Origin: an uncultured Holophagales bacterium
GTDB taxonomy: Bacteria; Acidobacteriota; Thermoanaerobaculia; Multivoradales; UBA5704
Length of the DNA: 64,000 nucleotides
Assembly (NCBI GenBank): GCA_963842525.1
Contig: CAWJGT010000009.1
Coordinates: 64,001-128,000 of the forward strand
Reading direction: 5' to 3'
Translations under genes and position numbers: made by a program
Shown here: positions 60,267 through 64,000 of the stretch, piece by piece
How positions within the stretch are numbered: the stretch's first letter is position 1
Layout of the letters: every line of letters starts with the position of its first letter
The notes under the pieces: generated by a model
What the model was told of the DNA's origin: nothing
The model's database searches: none
The model's input: only the letters and a program-made list of their open reading frames with translations

Positions 60267-63249
60267 GGCAGCGGCCCGGGCTCGCGCGGAGCCTGTTTTT
60301 CGTGTTGCTGCTGGCGGGCGGCGCGGCCTGGGCGCAGGACCCTCACCCCCCTGACCCCCCTCTCCCATCCGCACTCCCAACCACCCGGGAGAGGGGGGAA
60401 GAAGAGGTGTTGTCGCAGGAGCCTGAGGGTGGGGGCTCCCCTCTCCCGGGGGAAGGGAGTGCGGATGGGAGAGGGGCCGGGGGTGAGGGCCCCCTCGTCA
60501 CCGCCATCGAGATCCGCAGCGAGACCCCGCTCGACGACGAGCGGCTCGCCGAGGTGGAGCGGCTCCTCAAGGTGAGCGTGGGCGAGCCGCTGACCGAGGA
60601 GGCGGTCAGCCTCACCCTGCGCCACGTCCAGGCGAGCGGCGTCGCCTACGAGATCGAGCTCTACTCGCAACCCGACGAGACGGGGGCGGGGGTCGTGGCC
60701 ATCCTGGTGCTGCGCCCCGTGGTCCTCGTCGACGAGGTCCGCCTGGACGGGGGAGCTCGGCCTGGACGCCGGCGAGCTGCGGCGCGAAATCCCGCAGAAC
60801 GAGGCCGAGCCGCTCAACGAGGAGAAGGTCGTCCAGGGCGTCTACCGGCTCCAGGAGTACTACGACGACCGCGGCTATTTCCAGGCCGAGGTCCGGGTCC
60901 ACGTCGCCACCAACCCCGTGACCCGTGCCGCGGTCGTCACCTACCAGATCCAGAGCGGGCCGCGGGCGCGCGTCGAGACCGTGCTCTTCGACGGCGCGAT
61001 CGACCCCTTGACGCCCGCGGCGCTGCTCGAGCCGCTGGAGCTGAAGCCGGGCAAGCCGTTCAACCGCCGCACCGCCCGCGAAGACGCCGATCGCCTCCAG
61101 AACTGGCTGATCCGCAAGGAATACCGCACCGCCCAGGTCGACCGTCCCGTCGAGGAGATCGACCGTCCGAGCGGCACCGTGCGGCTGACGTTTCCGGTCG
61201 AGGTCGGCCCCCTCGTCAAGCTCCAGGTGATCGGTGCCGAGGAGCGCGAGCTGCGCCGCCACAGCCTCCTCCCCTTCCTCGGCCGCCAGGGCTACGACGA
61301 AGCCCTGCTCCTCCAGGCGGCCGAGCGGATCAGGGACTACTACCAGCGCGAAGGCCACTACCGGGTGAAGGTCGAATCCGAGCAGAAGCCGGCCAACGGC
61401 GTGCTCCAGGTCGTCCTCCGCGTCGACCCCGGCCCGGAGCACACCTTGACGGATGTCGACATCACCGGCAATGAAGCGTTCAGCGACGACCAGCTCGCGG
61501 AGCTGATGACGACCGCCCCGCGAAGCCTGCTCAACCTGGGCAGCGGCCGGCTGGTGGACGGCGAGTTGGAGAAGGACCTGGAGAACATCCGTTCGTTCTA
61601 TGCCCTCCAGGGATATGCCCAGGCCGAGGTCGGTCCCGCCCGCATCGGCGAGCAGGGGGACCGGCTGCGGCTCGAGATCCCCATCGTGGAAGGCCCCCGC
61701 CAGCAGGTGGGGACGATCGACGTCCAGGGCGTCGAGTCGCTCGACCTCCGCGCCCTTGAGGACCAGCTCCCGCTCAAGCCCGGCGGGCCGTTCCACCCCT
61801 TCCTCCTGGAGCAGGAGCCTCGACCGCCTCCGCCAGGCCTACCAAGACCGGGGATATGCCACCGCCCAGGTCTCGGCCACGACCCGTTGGAACCCCGACC
61901 AGACCCTGGTGGATATCACCATCGAGGCCCTCGAAGGGGACCAGGTCGTGCTCGACCGCGTGATCGTGCGCGGCAACCGCAGGACCCGCAGCGAGGTGAT
62001 CCAGCGCGCCCTGGCGGTCCAGCCGGGAGACCCGATCAGCGAGGGCCGCCGGCTGGAGATCGAGCGCAACCTCTACCAGCTCGGCATCTTCTCCGGGGTC
62101 GACGTCGAGCTCAAGAGCGCCGGCCTGTTCTCCGCCGAGCGCGACCTGATCGTGCGGGTGGAGGAGGGCCGGCCGCGGCGGGTCAGCTACAGCCTGGGCG
62201 TGGAGTACCAGTCAGGCGATCCGACGCCGTGGCGGCCCCGCGGCGGCTTCAGCTTCACCCACAGCAACGTCGCCGGCCGGGCCTTCAGCCTGCGCACCGA
62301 CGTGCGGGTGAGCGAGCCCGACCAGAGCTTCCGCATCCTGTTCAACCAGCCCTACGTCGGCCGCTATCCGGTGCCGCTCTCCTATTCCCTGTTCTTCTTC
62401 AACGAGGACAAGGAGCACTGGGACGTGGTCCGCTATGGCGGGCGGATCGAGGCGGTGCGCGACTACACGGACCGGCGGGTGAGCCTGACCTACGACTATC
62501 GCATCGTCGAGACCACCGTCGAGCCCGGCTTCCCGCCGATCGGCGTCGACCGCGAGGACCGGCCGTTCGAGATCTCCAGCCTGACGCCGGGGTTCCTGTG
62601 GGACCGCCGCGACGATCCCGTGCTGGCCACGCGCGGCTGGAGCACCCTCGCCCAGCTCCAGTGGGCCTTCCCCATCGCCTCGGCCAGGGGCGACTGGCTG
62701 AAGCTCTTCGTGCAGCAGACCCAATATCTCAACCTGCGACGCCTGGGCGTCGTCGCCGCGAGCCTTCGCGCCGGTGCTATCGAGCCGTTCAGCACGCTGG
62801 GGCGGGACGACCCCGAGCTGCTGGAAGACCTCCCCAATGCCGACGTCTTCATCGACGAACGCTTCTTCGCCGGCGGCGGCACCACCCACCGCGCCTACGA
62901 CCGCGACGACCTCGGCATCCCCGGGCGAACGCTGTTCCTCCGCCCCGACCCGGAGGAGACCGACGGCATCAGGATCACGCCGGTCGGCGGCAACGGCCTG
63001 CTGCTGCTCAACCTGGAGTACCGTTTCCCGCTTTTCGGTCCGGTCGAGGGGGTGGCCTTCTACGACGCCGGCAACGTCTGGGCCGGCTGGCGGGATATCG
63101 ACGTCAACGACCTCAAGGCCGGAGCCGGCCTCGGCGTCCGCTACCTCTCGCCCATCGGCCCCCTGCGGGTGGACGTCGGCTGGAAGCTCGACCGCATCGA
63201 GGGCGAGAGGGGCTATGCGGTGTCGCTGATCTTCGGGAATCCGTTCTAA
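60263..63249 (+). CDS. Omp85 (BamA/TamA-like) protein with POTRA domains; frameshifts near 60752 and 61817
   Basis: POTRA motifs (Y..RGY..A.V, GNRRTR), [30 protein letters not shown]-terminal GNPF. Confidence 0.85.
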
Positions 63250-63282
63250 AGGACGGTGCGTCCGTGTTGTACACTCGACATC

Positions 63283-64000
63283 ATGAACAAAAGCACACCG
63301 TTCGCCCCCATCGAGGAGGCGATCGAGCAGTTCCGCCAGGGCCGGATGGTCATCATCGTCGACGACGAGGACCGCGAGAACGAGGGCGACCTCGCCATCG
63401 CGGCCGAAAAGGCCACCCCCGAGGCGATCAACTTCATGGCCCGTTTCGGGCGCGGCCTCATCTGCCTCGCCCTCACCGAGGAGCGCTGCCGGCAGCTCGA
63501 CCTCCCCCTGATGGTCGAGGACAACACCTCGCCCTTCGGCACCGCCTTCACCATCTCGATCGAAGCGCGTGGCAAGGTGACGACCGGCATCTCGGCCGCC
63601 GACCGCGCAGCCACGGTCCTCACCGCCATCGATCCGGCGACCCGGCCCGAGGACCTGCTGCGGCCCGGCCACGTCTTCCCCCTGCGCGCCAGGAAGGGCG
63701 GCGTCCTCAAGCGCGCAGGCCAGACCGAGGCCTCGGTCGACCTCGCCTCGTTGGCCGGCCTCACGCCCGCCGGGGTGATCTGCGAGATCATGAACGACGA
63801 CGGCACCATGGCCCGCGTGCCGGACCTGACCGCGTTCGCGTTGCGCCACGGGCTGCTGATGATCACCGTCTCCGACCTCATCAGCTACCGGCTGCGGCAC
63901 GAGACCCTGGTGCGCAAGCTCGCCGCGCCGCGCCTGCCTACGGCCTTCGGCGAATTCCAGATCCACGCCTACCGCTCGGACGTGACCGGCGACGAGAACG
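63283..64000 (+). CDS. ribBA: Bifunctional DHBP synthase/GTP cyclohydrolase II, runs off the window end (absent from ORF track)
   Basis: Manual translation: [57 protein letters not shown]. Confidence 0.93.
   Translation, partial: MNKSTPFAPIEEAIEQFRQGRMVIIVDDEDRENEGDLAIAAEKATPEAINFMARFGRGLICLALTEERCRQLDLPLMVEDNTSPFGTAFTISIEARGKVTTGISAADRAATVLTAIDPATRPEDLLRPGHVFPLRARKGGVLKRAGQTEASVDLASLAGLTPAGVICEIMNDDGTMARVPDLTAFALRHGLLMITVSDLISYRLRHETLVRKLAAPRLPTAFGEFQIHAYRSDVTGDEN

Noticed and set aside
58590-61830. Programmed frameshifting or true pseudogenes for TamB and Omp85
   Set aside because: No slippery heptamers recognised; the shared GAGCTC context across unrelated genes favours a sequencing artefact

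Overview
High-GC window from a Gram-negative bacterium. The gene repertoire resembles Acidobacteriota/Thermoanaerobaculia (inference), and the assembly looks long-read with several single-base frameshifts. From left to right: a RelE-like toxin/antitoxin pair; a coiled-coil/wHTH gene behind a degenerate repeat tract; an unannotated double-glycine peptide next to a GT2-TPR glycosyltransferase; a xanthine dehydrogenase-type operon; a large split DUF11/Ig-repeat surface protein with a FadL-like barrel; a roughly 9 kb RiPP-like cluster (77-aa peptide ending in Ala-Trp, orphan TPR-like enzyme, two flavin reductases, reductases, two methyltransferases, PLP aminotransferase); htpX; dnaE2; a decayed accessory region with a VapBC pair and three low-GC integron-type cassettes (attC sites, no integrase seen); a complete four-gene TG..CA transposon with a 5-bp target duplication, inserted into an array of about 17 repeats of 19-20 bp that precedes a second coiled-coil/wHTH paralogue; then housekeeping and envelope genes (ECF sigma, ArnT/ArnC-like, PagL-like, WaaL-like, tlyA, nadK, TamB, Omp85, ribBA). 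The best candidates for new biology are (1) the Ala-Trp peptide cluster lacking any PEARL enzyme, (2) the wHTH genes paired with upstream repeat arrays, and (3) the Cys-free double-glycine peptide plus glycosyltransferase. All family calls come from motif recognition by eye; no database searches were run.
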